Virus record (IMG/VR): IMGVR_UViG_3300020810_000992
Location: 1-64,000 of that record
Length of the DNA: 64,000 nucleotides
From: a virus
Reading direction: 5' to 3' (one strand)
Positions 9,800 to 19,578 of the stretch are shown piece after piece. The position numbers and the translations under genes were made by a program. Numbering within the stretch: position 1 is the first letter of the stretch; every line of letters begins with the position of its first letter. The notes beneath the pieces were generated by a model that saw only the letters and a list, made by a program, of their open reading frames with translations, did no database searches and was not told the DNA's origin.

Positions 9800-12106
9800 A
9801 TGAAAGCAGATCTTAATATTGTAAAACGCAATGGCGAGAGGGTACGCCTAGATATCCAGAAAATCCATAAAGTAGTTAATTTTGCATGTGAAGGTTTAGC
9901 TGGTGTTAGTAGTAGTCAGATACAAATGAATGCAGGCATTCAGTTTTCCGACGATATGACAACAACCCAAATCCAAGACTTACTAGTACGTTCGGCTAAC
10001 GATCTTATTAGTTTAGAATCACCTAATTACCAATTTGCCGCATCACGTTTGTTGCTATACGGAGTATACAAAGAAGTGTATGGTGGATTTGAAAAAGCAA
10101 CGTTACTTGAAATGATCAAGAAAAATGTTGAAAGAAAAGTTTATGACTCTGCAATCCTTGAGCAGTATACAGAAGAAGAATTTGAATCATTAGATAGTTA
10201 TATTAAACATAAGCGCGATGAAAACTTTACCTATGCTGGACTACGTCAAGTAGTTGACAAATATCTTGTTCAGGATAGATCAACAGGAGAATTGTTTGAA
10301 ACACCTCAGCATATGTATATGTTAATTGCGGCAACACTATTTGCCAACTATCCTAAAGAAGATAGAATGCATTACGTAAGGAGATACTACGATGCGACCT
10401 CACTTTTTAAAGTCAATATCCCAACGCCCGTTATGGCAGGGGTCAGAACCCCTGTGCGCCAGTTTGCAAGTTGTGTCCTTGTTGACAGTGACGACACTCT
10501 TGATAGCATCTTTGCCAGCGATATGTCTGTTGGACGCTATACAGCGCAAAGGGCGGGTATCGGAATCAACGCAGGACGAATCCGTGGAGTAAATGCTAAG
10601 ATTAGAGGAGGAGAAGTAGCACACACAGGTGTAATTCCGTTCCTTAAGAAATTCGAAGCAACTGTTCGTTGTTGTACACAAAATGGTGTACGTGGCGGAT
10701 CAGCTACTACACACTTTCCGTTCTGGCATCAAGAGATTGAAGACATCCTTGTGCTAAAGAACAACAAAGGTACAGAAGACAATCGTGTACGCAAGCTAGA
10801 CTATTCAATTCAATTAAACAAATTGATGTACGAAAGGTTATTGACTCAAGGACATATTACTCTTTTCTCGCCACATGATGTGCCTGGCTTGTATGAAGCA
10901 TTCTTTGCTGATCAAGATGAGTTTAAACGTCTATACGAAAAATACGAACGTGCTACAAGTATTAAAAAGAAAACTATTAAAGCAATGGATTTGTTCTCTG
11001 CACTAATCAAAGAACGTGCTGAAACCGGACGTATCTACATCATGAACGTTGATCATGCAAATACACATAGTAGTTTCAAAGATACAGTTTATATGAGCAA
11101 CTTGTGCCAAGAGATTACGTTACCTACTAAGCCACTTCAGCATATTGATGATCCTGACGGAGAGATTGCTCTTTGTATCCTAAGTGCTATTAACGTAGGT
11201 GTAATTAAAGACTTAGATGATCTAGAAGAACTATGCGAACTAGCAGTAAGAGCATTAGAAGAGATTATTGATTATCAACGTTACCCAATTAAGGCGGCCG
11301 AGATTAGTACAAAGGCTCGTCGTAGTTTAGGTATCGGCTATATTGGCTTGGCACATTATCTTGCAAAGAATCAAGTACAATATGGAGACAAAGAAGCTGT
11401 TAACCTAGTACATAGATTAACAGAAGCATTCCAATATTATTTGCTAAAAGCAAGCAATAAAATTGCTCAAGAGCGTGGCGCATGTGAGTACTTTGACCGT
11501 ACTAAATACAGCGACGGCATTCTTCCTATTGATACATACAAGAAGGAAGTAGACGAGCTTCATGGAGAAAGGTTGCATTATGATTGGGATACTTTACGAG
11601 ATGACATCAAAGAGTACGGACTTAGACACTCGACATTGTCCGCACAGATGCCATCGGAGAGCTCAAGCGTTGTGTCAAATGCAACAAACGGTATCGAGCC
11701 ACCTAGAGGATACTTGTCCGTTAAGAAAAGCAAAAAAGGGCCTCTTAAGCAGATTGTTCCACAATATCAAAGTCTTAAGCAGTACTACACCTTGCTGTGG
11801 GACATGCCTAGCAACGAAGGTTACATCAACGTTGTCGCAGTAATGCAAAAGTTCTTTGATCAAGCTATTAGTGGCAACTGGTCATATAACCCAACACACT
11901 ACCCAGATAACGAAGTGCCTATGAGTATTATGCTTAAAGATTTGCTTAATACATATAAGTATGGATGGAAAACTAGTTATTACCAAAACACTTATGATTA
12001 TAAGTCTGATGGTGATACAGAGTTTGAAGAAAAACCGCAGGTAGAATTATCCTCCAGCACAGTATTAACAGGCGAAGAAGAAGCCTGCGATGCATGTGCA
12101 ATTTAG
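9800..12106 (+). CDS. nrdA: ribonucleoside-diphosphate reductase class Ia, alpha subunit
   Basis: ATP-cone N-terminus, QFASCVL, SNLCQEI, MPSESSS, KTSYY, C-terminal CDAC. Confidence 0.97.
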   Translation: MKADLNIVKRNGERVRLDIQKIHKVVNFACEGLAGVSSSQIQMNAGIQFSDDMTTTQIQDLLVRSANDLISLESPNYQFAASRLLLYGVYKEVYGGFEKATLLEMIKKNVERKVYDSAILEQYTEEEFESLDSYIKHKRDENFTYAGLRQVVDKYLVQDRSTGELFETPQHMYMLIAATLFANYPKEDRMHYVRRYYDATSLFKVNIPTPVMAGVRTPVRQFASCVLVDSDDTLDSIFASDMSVGRYTAQRAGIGINAGRIRGVNAKIRGGEVAHTGVIPFLKKFEATVRCCTQNGVRGGSATTHFPFWHQEIEDILVLKNNKGTEDNRVRKLDYSIQLNKLMYERLLTQGHITLFSPHDVPGLYEAFFADQDEFKRLYEKYERATSIKKKTIKAMDLFSALIKERAETGRIYIMNVDHANTHSSFKDTVYMSNLCQEITLPTKPLQHIDDPDGEIALCILSAINVGVIKDLDDLEELCELAVRALEEIIDYQRYPIKAAEISTKARRSLGIGYIGLAHYLAKNQVQYGDKEAVNLVHRLTEAFQYYLLKASNKIAQERGACEYFDRTKYSDGILPIDTYKKEVDELHGERLHYDWDTLRDDIKEYGLRHSTLSAQMPSESSSVVSNATNGIEPPRGYLSVKKSKKGPLKQIVPQYQSLKQYYTLLWDMPSNEGYINVVAVMQKFFDQAISGNWSYNPTHYPDNEVPMSIMLKDLLNTYKYGWKTSYYQNTYDYKSDGDTEFEEKPQVELSSSTVLTGEEEACDACAI

Positions 12107-12173
12107 TGGTTGACTTATGAGATTAAAGATAGTATAGTAATATTATATAGAGTTATATAAGGAAGTAAAAGAA

Positions 12174-13277
12174 ATGGCTAAGACAGTATTCAACCAAGAT
12201 AAGGTTGATTTTACAAAACAGCATATGTTTTTCGGAGCAGATCAAAATACGCAACGTTATGATACATTTAGGTTTCCAGAGTTTGATAAATTAAATCAAA
12301 CTATGCTTGGATATTTTTGGCGTGCAGAAGAAGTAAGTTTGCAAAAGGATCGTGCCGACTATCAAAACTTCCGACCAGAACAAAAGCATATTTTCACAAG
12401 TAATTTGAAATATCAAACACTACTCGACAGTGTCCAAGGCCGCGGTCCAAGTTTGGCATTCTTGCCATATGTATCGCTACCAGAACTAGAAGGGTGTATT
12501 GTTACTTGGGACTTCTTTGAAACTATTCACTCACGTTCTTATACACACATTATGAAAAATGTGTATGCGGATCCAAGTGAAGTATTTGATACTATCCTAG
12601 ACGATAAAGAAATTCTAAAACGTGCAACAGCAGTTACTAAAAACTATGATGCATTTACAGAAGCGGCAGATGCTTGGTTCCATAGAGGAGAAGGTAGTCT
12701 GCGAGATGTTAAGAAGAAAATGTTCTTAGCGATGATGAATGTAAATATTCTTGAAGGCTTGCGTTTTTACGTAAGTTTTGCTTGTACGTTTGCATTTGCT
12801 GAATCAAAAGTAATGGAAGGATCCGCAAAGATTATTTCACTTATTGCTAGAGACGAAGCAACTCATCTTAATCTTTCAACGCAAGTTTTAAAGCATTGGA
12901 TTAAAGGTAACGATGATCCTGAAATGGTTTCAATTGCTAAAGAATGTGAAGATGAAATTTATGAAATGTGGCGCACCTGCGTCAATGAAGAAAAGGCTTG
13001 GGCTAACTATTTGTTCAAGGACGGTGCTATTATTGGACTAAACGAGGAACTTCTACATCACTATGTAGAGTTTATTGCCAATAAGCGTTTGAAGGCACTA
13101 GGATACAAAACCATTTACGATCGTCCAGTAAATAACAACCCGCTACCGTGGACACAGCATTGGCTATCTAGCTCAGGCTTGCAAGTTGCACCGCAAGAGA
13201 CAGAAGTTGAAAGCTATATCATTGGTGGCATTAAACAAGACGTTGACGATGACGTTCTGAAAGGATTTAGTTTATGA
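12174..13277 (+). CDS. nrdB: ribonucleoside-diphosphate reductase class Ia, beta subunit
   Basis: FWRAEEV, LLDSVQGR, ETIHSRSY, LEGLRFY, IARDEATH, QVAPQETE. Confidence 0.97.
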   Translation: MAKTVFNQDKVDFTKQHMFFGADQNTQRYDTFRFPEFDKLNQTMLGYFWRAEEVSLQKDRADYQNFRPEQKHIFTSNLKYQTLLDSVQGRGPSLAFLPYVSLPELEGCIVTWDFFETIHSRSYTHIMKNVYADPSEVFDTILDDKEILKRATAVTKNYDAFTEAADAWFHRGEGSLRDVKKKMFLAMMNVNILEGLRFYVSFACTFAFAESKVMEGSAKIISLIARDEATHLNLSTQVLKHWIKGNDDPEMVSIAKECEDEIYEMWRTCVNEEKAWANYLFKDGAIIGLNEELLHHYVEFIANKRLKALGYKTIYDRPVNNNPLPWTQHWLSSSGLQVAPQETEVESYIIGGIKQDVDDDVLKGFSL

Positions 13278-13525
13278 TAGAGATTTGGGGTAAACCCGGA
13301 TGTCCAAGTTGTGTGAGTGCAAAGCAACTTTGTGAAACCCGTAAGTATACATATACCTATAAAGAACTGGGAAAAGATTTTGATAGAGAACAAGTTTTTG
13401 AAACGTTTCCAGGAGCTCGAACATTTCCACAAATTATTATTGGCGGGAATAAAGTCGGTGGATTTGACCAAATGGTTGATTACATTGAAAGCACAGGTTA
13501 TACTGGAACAGGACATTCATTATAG
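13274..13525 (+). CDS. glutaredoxin
   Basis: CPSC active site and RTFPQI...GGF; follows nrdB. Confidence 0.92.
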   Translation: MIEIWGKPGCPSCVSAKQLCETRKYTYTYKELGKDFDREQVFETFPGARTFPQIIIGGNKVGGFDQMVDYIESTGYTGTGHSL

Positions 13526-13533
13526 GAACAACT

Positions 13534-13824
13534 ATGTTAATTGATATACCTTACAAAGACGGTGATACTATCACCTTTAAAACAGTGGCAGGCGAAGAAG
13601 TTATTGCCCGCCTTGAGAAAAAAGAAAAAGATTCAATGAAAGTTAAAAAGCCAATGGCTTTAACAGCAAGTCAAAATGGAATCGGAATGGTACCATTTAC
13701 ATTTACTGTTAGCCCGGAAACACCACTTGAAGTTAATCTAGCAACAATCGTTTTTATTGCTAAGACAGACTCAGAGATGGCTAAACAATACATTGAATCA
13801 ACAACCGGCATAAAACAGATATAA
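13534..13824 (+). CDS. Sm-like fold phage protein
   Basis: ITFKTVAGEEVIARL beta-rich motif. Confidence 0.6.
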   Translation: MLIDIPYKDGDTITFKTVAGEEVIARLEKKEKDSMKVKKPMALTASQNGIGMVPFTFTVSPETPLEVNLATIVFIAKTDSEMAKQYIESTTGIKQI

Positions 13825-13833
13825 GGAGATTAT

Positions 13834-14013
13834 ATGTCAACAATCCATGAGCAAATCGTAGAACAATACGAAAACTATTTAAAAGAAGCAGAGTCTTTTG
13901 AAGACAAATCAGTAAAAGCCGCGGCCGCTAGAGCAAGAAAAGCTCTCGGTGAGATGGGCAAATTGGCCAAAGCTCGCAGAGCTGAAATCCAAGAAAAAAA
14001 GAACGCATTGTAA
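13834..14013 (+). CDS. histone H1/Hc1-like small protein (59 aa, not in ORF track)
   Basis: RBS AAGGAG; MSTIHEQIVEQYENYLKEAESFEDKSVKAAAARARKALGEMGKLAKARRAEIQEKKNAL. Confidence 0.75.
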   Translation: MSTIHEQIVEQYENYLKEAESFEDKSVKAAAARARKALGEMGKLAKARRAEIQEKKNAL

Positions 14014-14029
14014 TAAATAATTGCAGTTA

Positions 14030-14061
14030 AGTAAGGCGCACTAGATGCGCCTTACTATTTT
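14030..14061 (+). terminator. rho-independent terminator
   Basis: AGTAAGGCGCA-ctaga-TGCGCCTTACT-atttt. Confidence 0.7.
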
Positions 14062-14079
14062 GAACAGGGCGATACAATT

Positions 14080-14298
14080 ATGACAAATCAGGGTAAGGTT
14101 AATTTTTATAATCATGTTAAAGGATATGGATTTATCAGCAGAGATAATGATCAGGCTGATTTGTTTGTTCACATTTCAGAGTTCCGTAAAAACGGAATTA
14201 AAAAAGTTGTAGAAGGTATGATAATTTCGTACGATATTGCTGACCATAACGGCAAAGAAGTTGCAACAAATATTCAACTAATTAGTGATTCTGTATGA
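14080..14298 (+). CDS. cold-shock domain protein
   Basis: GKVNFYN..KGYGFI (RNP1) and DLFVHIS (RNP2). Confidence 0.92.
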   Translation: MTNQGKVNFYNHVKGYGFISRDNDQADLFVHISEFRKNGIKKVVEGMIISYDIADHNGKEVATNIQLISDSV

Positions 14299-14579
14299 GA
14301 TATTACCTAGATCAATGTGAGTTTAAATGGACACATGTTGGTACAAAGGTAGAACATATCTGGGTGCAAAGACAACTTGGTGACGAGCTTTTTAAACAGT
14401 GCAATCAAGAAGGATTTAATTTAGTATACATTCATTCAAACAGTGTATCATTACCTGATGATATGTATTGTCGTTGCGATATCTATGTAGATGTTAACGA
14501 CGGTCATCAATCTACATTGTTTGCATTGAAAAATCAAAAAGCTATTCCTGTACCAGAGGTAGACACTAATGAAATGTAA
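14295..14579 (+). CDS. hypothetical protein
   Basis: ORF with ATGA overlap. Confidence 0.65.
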   Translation: MRYYLDQCEFKWTHVGTKVEHIWVQRQLGDELFKQCNQEGFNLVYIHSNSVSLPDDMYCRCDIYVDVNDGHQSTLFALKNQKAIPVPEVDTNEM

Positions 14580-14874
14580 ACCGGGAGACATTGCTCGTAT
14601 TATCTATTCAGTGCGTCCAGAAAATATTGGACGTATTGTAAAAGTAGTTGATTACATTGGCAAGTACAATGCAAAAGAAGAGTGGGAGTTTAGGGGAATG
14701 CCTTGCCAGGCACCCGTTCACGATCATTATTGGTGGATCGAAGCAGATGATCTGTCTAGTGGATTTGGTCCTAGTCCTCGTGCATATATTGCTGATACTT
14801 GGTTAGAACCAATTCGTCCAGAAGAAGAAAAAGAACAGTCAAAAGCAGAAAAAGAACTTGATATGTTCTTATAA
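14569..14874 (+). CDS. hypothetical protein (SH3/KOW-like N-terminus)
   Basis: CKPGDIARII...ENIGRIVKV. Confidence 0.65.
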   Translation: MKCKPGDIARIIYSVRPENIGRIVKVVDYIGKYNAKEEWEFRGMPCQAPVHDHYWWIEADDLSSGFGPSPRAYIADTWLEPIRPEEEKEQSKAEKELDMFL

Positions 14875-14883
14875 ATAGCTATA

Positions 14884-14926
14884 CGTTCAGGCAACACGCC
14901 CGGGAGTAGCATAAGCGAAGGAACGC
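14884..14926 (+). promoter_or_regulatory. glutamine riboswitch (glnA-motif type), compact
   Basis: CGUUC-A-GGC(aacac)GCC-CGGGAGUA-GC(auaa)GC-GAAGGAACGC matches P1/P2/E-loop/P3 of glnA RNAs; directly after TATAAATA (14870-14877). Confidence 0.75.
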
Positions 14927-14955
14927 ACTTTAACCCTTTAACTAGGAGGAGTGTT

Positions 14956-15054
14956 ATGGATAATTTCACTTACTGGCGCATTAAGAAATTACTTAGACAA
15001 CACCACATAGATAAAGTTAACTTTTTATTAAGAAGAAGACTCAATAAAGGTTGA
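14956..15054 (+). CDS. 32-aa basic peptide downstream of the glutamine riboswitch
   Basis: RBS AGGAGG; MDNFTYWRIKKLLRQHHIDKVNFLLRRRLNKG. Confidence 0.7.
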   Translation: MDNFTYWRIKKLLRQHHIDKVNFLLRRRLNKG

Positions 15055-15081
15055 CATCACCGTATAAAGGTGTTATAAATA
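15051..15081 (+). promoter_or_regulatory. sigma70-type promoter overlapped by a TATAAATA late motif (tmRNA promoter)
   Basis: TTGACA-N17-TATAAA(TA). Confidence 0.75.
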
Positions 15082-15086
15082 TACTT

Positions 15087-15380
15087 GTAACGTTGAAGCT
15101 AATCAACGACGAACTGGACCCGGGTGCGATTCCCGGCATCTCCACCATAAGCACTCTATCCCAACCTGACGAGGGCGGATCGTAAAGAACTAAACAGAGT
15201 GCTTATGATGGGGATGATCAGGATCGACAGGCGTAATAGAGAACGTGGAGTTACCGGGATGTAAGCGCCGTACCGCGAACAAACTTTGTAAATGCAAACG
15301 CAAATACATCGCCAGAAATGGCACTAGCGGCTTAGTAATAAGCACGTAGGGGCGGGTACTGCCTGGCAACAGAAGTGCCA
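15087..15380 (+). ncRNA. ssrA: circularly permuted two-piece tmRNA
   Basis: T-arm and CAUCUCC-A-CCA (15137-15147) precede an intervening hairpin and 5' GGGGAUG (15210) with G3.U70; tag ORF 15294-15335 ANANTSPEMALAA; 3' GGCAACAGAA; outer ends approximate. Confidence 0.92.
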
Positions 15381-15400
15381 TTACTTACGAGGACAAAGTA

Positions 15401-15943
15401 GTGTCTAAAGATATTTGGTTAATCAGCGATACACATTTTCAGCACGAAAACATTTTAAAGTTTACAGACTCTAATACAGGAGAACTGGTTAGAGGCAATA
15501 GGTTTTCTAGTGTTGAAGAAATGAACGAAACAATGGTCGAAAACTGGAACAACACAGTCAAGCCAGGAGATATAGTATATCACTTAGGCGATGTGTTTAT
15601 GGGTCCTAGAGAAGACTTCTTAAAGATGTGGAAGGGACTGAACGGTAGTAAAAGACTGATTCTAGGTAACCACGATGATGCTAAGTTCTTTGTCAAACAC
15701 GAACTTGTTACTAAAGTTGTAATGTGGAGAATGTTTACCGAATTTGGTTTACTTCTATCCCACGTTCCAATTCATGAAAGCGGATTACGCAGAGGTTCGC
15801 CTACGGATGAAACTGCTCCTATGTTGTTAAACATACACGGACACATTCATCAGAATCCTAGTCCAACCGAACATCATAGATGTGTTTGTGTCGAACACAT
15901 TGATTATACTCCAATCAACATTGAAGAACTAAGGATCAAGTAA
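15401..15943 (+). CDS. calcineurin-like metallophosphoesterase
   Basis: SDTHF, HLGD, LGNHD, HGHIH motifs. Confidence 0.92.
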   Translation: MSKDIWLISDTHFQHENILKFTDSNTGELVRGNRFSSVEEMNETMVENWNNTVKPGDIVYHLGDVFMGPREDFLKMWKGLNGSKRLILGNHDDAKFFVKHELVTKVVMWRMFTEFGLLLSHVPIHESGLRRGSPTDETAPMLLNIHGHIHQNPSPTEHHRCVCVEHIDYTPINIEELRIK

Positions 15944-16000
15944 TGGAATTTGTATCGGGATTAATTATATGCGTGTTACTAATATGGTTGATTATGAAAG

Positions 16001-16207
16001 ATGATTGAGCATAGACTATACAGCATAGAAAAATGGGAACAAGGCAAGAAAATGGAAGAAAAACTGTTGCTCTGTACGCCAAAAGATGTTACACTATATG
16101 CATTGCGTGGATGGTCAGTGTTTGACTATCATTTATCATTAGATATGGAACCGGAGTATTATGAAAATCGGATTGAGCCTGTCACGTTGTGTGAGGGACA
16201 TTTTTGA
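16001..16207 (+). CDS. hypothetical protein
   Basis: Small ORF in a tightly packed cluster. Confidence 0.55.
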   Translation: MIEHRLYSIEKWEQGKKMEEKLLLCTPKDVTLYALRGWSVFDYHLSLDMEPEYYENRIEPVTLCEGHF

Positions 16208-16541
16208 AAAGAAAGTAGATCAAGATGATGTGCTGGTTATTATTGCCCGTACAGATTTTGATCCTCATGTAGAGGCACATTGGCGTGGTATTTGGGAAGG
16301 CTACCTCTACGGTGGCATGAGTTATCCAGAATGGGCAGGACTAGAAGACCGCGAACAAGATATGCGTAAGCTGGTAACTGCATTGTATGACAATGGCAAG
16401 ATCCACCAGCCTCGTAGATTTGGTGCTCATCCTCAGAGGATGGCTTACTACTGGCTCGAGTGTGTAGTACCGCAGGACGAAATGAATCCTGCACAGCAGA
16501 AAGCGTGGGACAACTATAAACTTATAACGGACTTAGCATAA
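16161..16541 (+). CDS. hypothetical protein
   Basis: RBS GGAG; MKIGLSLSRCVRDI. Confidence 0.75.
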   Translation: MKIGLSLSRCVRDIFEKKVDQDDVLVIIARTDFDPHVEAHWRGIWEGYLYGGMSYPEWAGLEDREQDMRKLVTALYDNGKIHQPRRFGAHPQRMAYYWLECVVPQDEMNPAQQKAWDNYKLITDLA

Positions 16542-16732
16542 TGACATTACCAATTGAAAGAACAAATGCAGTTCTAAATGTAGAACGATTCCTAATGGAC
16601 TTGCGAGATCCTAAGAAGTATCCACGGGTGCCGCAAGCAGTAAGAGAAGAAGCAGGCAGACTGTTGAAACACTATCCTTCCAAATATAATATGGCATATA
16701 TTGCAGATAGTTTTGAAGAGGTAGATTACTAA
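16541..16732 (+). CDS. hypothetical phage protein
   Basis: MTLPIERTNAV...PRVP..VR..A..LLKHYP; TAATG coupling. Confidence 0.75.
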   Translation: MTLPIERTNAVLNVERFLMDLRDPKKYPRVPQAVREEAGRLLKHYPSKYNMAYIADSFEEVDY

Positions 16733-16920
16733 TGTATGCAGTAATGGTATGTCTTGACGGCAAGGACGATTGGATTTATGTTACGAAACAAACAGAGCAC
16801 TGTTGGGACTTACAACCTGAACTGTTTGAAGATGCACAAGAAGCAATGGAGTTTGCAAAAACATTCCAACTTCCAGATAAACCTGAAAACGTAATGGTAG
16901 TAGATTATTATGAAGACTGA
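16732..16920 (+). CDS. hypothetical protein
   Basis: TAATG coupling, RBS GAGG. Confidence 0.7.
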   Translation: MYAVMVCLDGKDDWIYVTKQTEHCWDLQPELFEDAQEAMEFAKTFQLPDKPENVMVVDYYED

Positions 16921-17077
16921 TAAAGTAACTCGCGTTGAAGTAATAGACGAGACAGGTCGTGCATACATCAAGTATCTCGACAATGATCAAGAAGTTGTGT
17001 GCGGTTTACAAGATGATGAAAGAACACTAAAAGTTTTTATCAATAGGAAACAAAAAGATGAAAGTCAAGATAGGTAA
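16910..17077 (+). CDS. hypothetical 55-aa phage protein (not in ORF track)
   Basis: MKTDKVTRVEVIDETGRAY...LQDDERTLKVFI; fills the gap between neighbours. Confidence 0.7.
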   Translation: MKTDKVTRVEVIDETGRAYIKYLDNDQEVVCGLQDDERTLKVFINRKQKDESQDR

Positions 17078-17738
17078 GTATCCAAACAGAGCAATCTGTA
17101 ATTTACATACAAACTATATGAATAAAAAGTATGGATATGTGGATTGGCCTGAATACAAACAAAAAGGTTTAAGAGTCAAAGCACAACCTTTTGCAGAAGC
17201 GTGGCGTGAACAAGCAGAGGATATTATACAATCAATTTATAACTTCACTATCAATCTATTCCTTGACAGGAGAGTGCAAAAGATAAAGATACATATTGAT
17301 CGTTGGGATACTTGGAGCATGGATCATACTCTTGCTTACATTGTGTTGCCTATGCTCAAGCAATTAAAAGAAAGAAAGCACGGCGCTCCCTATGTTGATC
17401 TAAAGGATGTGCCTAAAGAACTACACGGCAAGAAACTTACCAAGAAGCAAAAGAACAACGGCGAAGTAGACGACAAATATTTTGAACGTTGGGACTGGGT
17501 TCTAGACGAAATGATCTTTGCGTTTGAAACTAAAGTAGATGACGGACGCTGGGAAGATCAGTTTGAAACAGGTGAGTATGATCTACAGTGGAAGAAACTG
17601 GAAGATGGCAACAGTGAAATGGTAAAGGGTCCTAATCACACTGCGGTAACTGACTGGGATGGCAGAAAAGCATACCAAGATCGCATTTCGAACGGATTCA
17701 GACTGTTTGGCAAGTATTACGAAAATTTGTGGGATTAA
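17058..17738 (+). CDS. conserved-type hypothetical phage protein
   Basis: DTWSMDHTLA.I.LPMLKQL...WDWVLDEMIFAF...GFRLFGKYYENLWD. Confidence 0.8.
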   Translation: MKVKIGKYPNRAICNLHTNYMNKKYGYVDWPEYKQKGLRVKAQPFAEAWREQAEDIIQSIYNFTINLFLDRRVQKIKIHIDRWDTWSMDHTLAYIVLPMLKQLKERKHGAPYVDLKDVPKELHGKKLTKKQKNNGEVDDKYFERWDWVLDEMIFAFETKVDDGRWEDQFETGEYDLQWKKLEDGNSEMVKGPNHTAVTDWDGRKAYQDRISNGFRLFGKYYENLWD

Positions 17739-17945
17739 TTATGATTGAACTAATGATTATTATTTGGTTAAGCGGTATCGTTTTAGCGATTGCACAAGAA
17801 AGTGTTTAATGATTGATTTATTTTTTAAAATTATAGGCTATACAATCACTACAACTATGACTTTTGCTTTAGTAGTATTTCTTATGATTATAGGATCATT
17901 AATTTATGGTGCTATTGATATTTACTTTTTACAAGAGGTTACATA

Positions 17946-18332
17946 ATGTCTGAAGAACCAACCAAAGAAGAATACATAGAGCATCGCACTATGAGCAAAG
18001 CGGCAACGCTTGCCATGGAGTTGTCTAAGGAGAAGAAGCGGCTTCAAGAAGAACTTGCAGACATGCAACATCAGTTTGAAACAGTCGCTCCGTCGACTCC
18101 AACTGGTGGACCTGATAGTTATCTAAAGTGGGTCGGAGTTCTATTTGCAGTCGGCGGGATCTTTATGCAGAGTGCAGGCTTTACGCTGTATGGACAGGTT
18201 TGTTACTTGCTAGGCGCAACAGCTTGGACTGTAGTAGGTGTTTATTGGAACGACAAAGCAGTTATGTTAGGTAGTGTAATACCTGCAACAGCAACAGCAC
18301 TTGCAATAGCAAGAACTATATTTGGTGGATAA
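17946..18332 (+). CDS. membrane protein
   Basis: Three hydrophobic segments in the C-terminal half. Confidence 0.7.
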   Translation: MSEEPTKEEYIEHRTMSKAATLAMELSKEKKRLQEELADMQHQFETVAPSTPTGGPDSYLKWVGVLFAVGGIFMQSAGFTLYGQVCYLLGATAWTVVGVYWNDKAVMLGSVIPATATALAIARTIFGG

Positions 18333-18356
18333 CATTAGATATACTTATGATAACGT

Positions 18357-18824
18357 ATGGGAAAGACAATGAAAATTAATCACGAGCCGCTGTTTGACAC
18401 AGAAAAAGTAGAAGCACACTATACAGAGAAAGATGGTGTAGACGTAAAGTACGTTTGTACCACAGACTTGCGAGCAAGCGATGTTCCTGTAGATGTGTAC
18501 TATCGTGCAACACCTCATCCTGAGTTTGGCAATCACTACTTTGGTTTGTATTATGATCGAATTAGAAACCATATGATGATTTGTAATGCTGATATTGTAG
18601 AAACATTTGAATTTGGATTGATTTGGGATGGTGAGCAATATCAATATAGTCAAAGCCATCATGATTATAGAAAATATGCAAACGGTGCAATGATCGACGG
18701 TGGACGACAATACATTCGTTCCAACGGATTAGTAAAACATATGTGTATTTCAAAAGGAAAGTGGATAAAGAAAATCTTTTCTGGCGAAGAATATGTTTAT
18801 CCAGGTAGTGATTGCCAAACATAA
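18357..18824 (+). CDS. hypothetical phage protein
   Basis: YSQSHHDY...MIDGGRQYIR motif. Confidence 0.7.
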   Translation: MGKTMKINHEPLFDTEKVEAHYTEKDGVDVKYVCTTDLRASDVPVDVYYRATPHPEFGNHYFGLYYDRIRNHMMICNADIVETFEFGLIWDGEQYQYSQSHHDYRKYANGAMIDGGRQYIRSNGLVKHMCISKGKWIKKIFSGEEYVYPGSDCQT

Positions 18825-18948
18825 AAATTACAAATCACTTTTAGCCTCTATATTTTTTAATATTAATAAATATATCTGTTGCACTTATTACCTAAGACAT
18901 GCAGTCTTAGAGCTATAAGGCGCATAACATCTAAAGGAAAAATATTAA

Positions 18949-19533
18949 ATGAGAAGCACACTAATGACCATTGCTATGGTAGCAATGTTTAGTACAGCCG
19001 CAGTAGCGGATGACTATGATAACACAGCAATTAAATTGACTGCTGTTACGGATAACTATTCAATTTCTGTTAAAGCACCAGAAACTGGAGCACAAGAATT
19101 TGCATTTGAAACAACTGCAGGTCCTGCTGATGTAAGTCTTACATGGAAGCGTGACGGTTCAGTAGATAACTATGCCCTTAAGGCAGGTAAAGAATTAGAA
19201 GTTGCTGGTCCTGTATACGCAGGAGCAGATGCAACATTTACGTTTGGTGATAGCTACAATAGCGATACACGAACACTAGCGGCATCTCCGTATGTTGGTG
19301 TATCACAAGCATTTGGTAAAGTAACACCATATGCAGAAGTTGGTTATGCTTGGCAGTCAACAACAAATGATATTGTAGATTTTAACCGTGACAGCTCATA
19401 TGTTGAAGTTGGTGCATCATATGCAGTAACAGAAGCACTGAGTGTAAAACTATCTGTTGTAGAAGATCGCGATGTGGACTTTAAAAATCCAAGTGATAGA
19501 AATGCAACTGTAGGCGTTACAGTTAAGTTCTAA
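18949..19533 (+). CDS. outer-membrane beta-barrel (porin-like) protein
   Basis: Signal peptide (AVA), amphipathic strands, C-terminal VGVTVKF beta-signal. Confidence 0.75.
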   Translation: MRSTLMTIAMVAMFSTAAVADDYDNTAIKLTAVTDNYSISVKAPETGAQEFAFETTAGPADVSLTWKRDGSVDNYALKAGKELEVAGPVYAGADATFTFGDSYNSDTRTLAASPYVGVSQAFGKVTPYAEVGYAWQSTTNDIVDFNRDSSYVEVGASYAVTEALSVKLSVVEDRDVDFKNPSDRNATVGVTVKF

Positions 19534-19578
19534 TAGTTGCCACTGGCACGGGGACAGGCGTTATGCCGTCCGCTTAAA

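Noticed and set aside
15166-15195. CTGACGAG in the tmRNA intervening segment, resembling a hammerhead core
   Set aside because: No stem II followed by GAAA and no matching stems I/III
15190-15381. Minus-strand 63-aa ORF
   Set aside because: Antisense to the tmRNA coding piece, with no RBS
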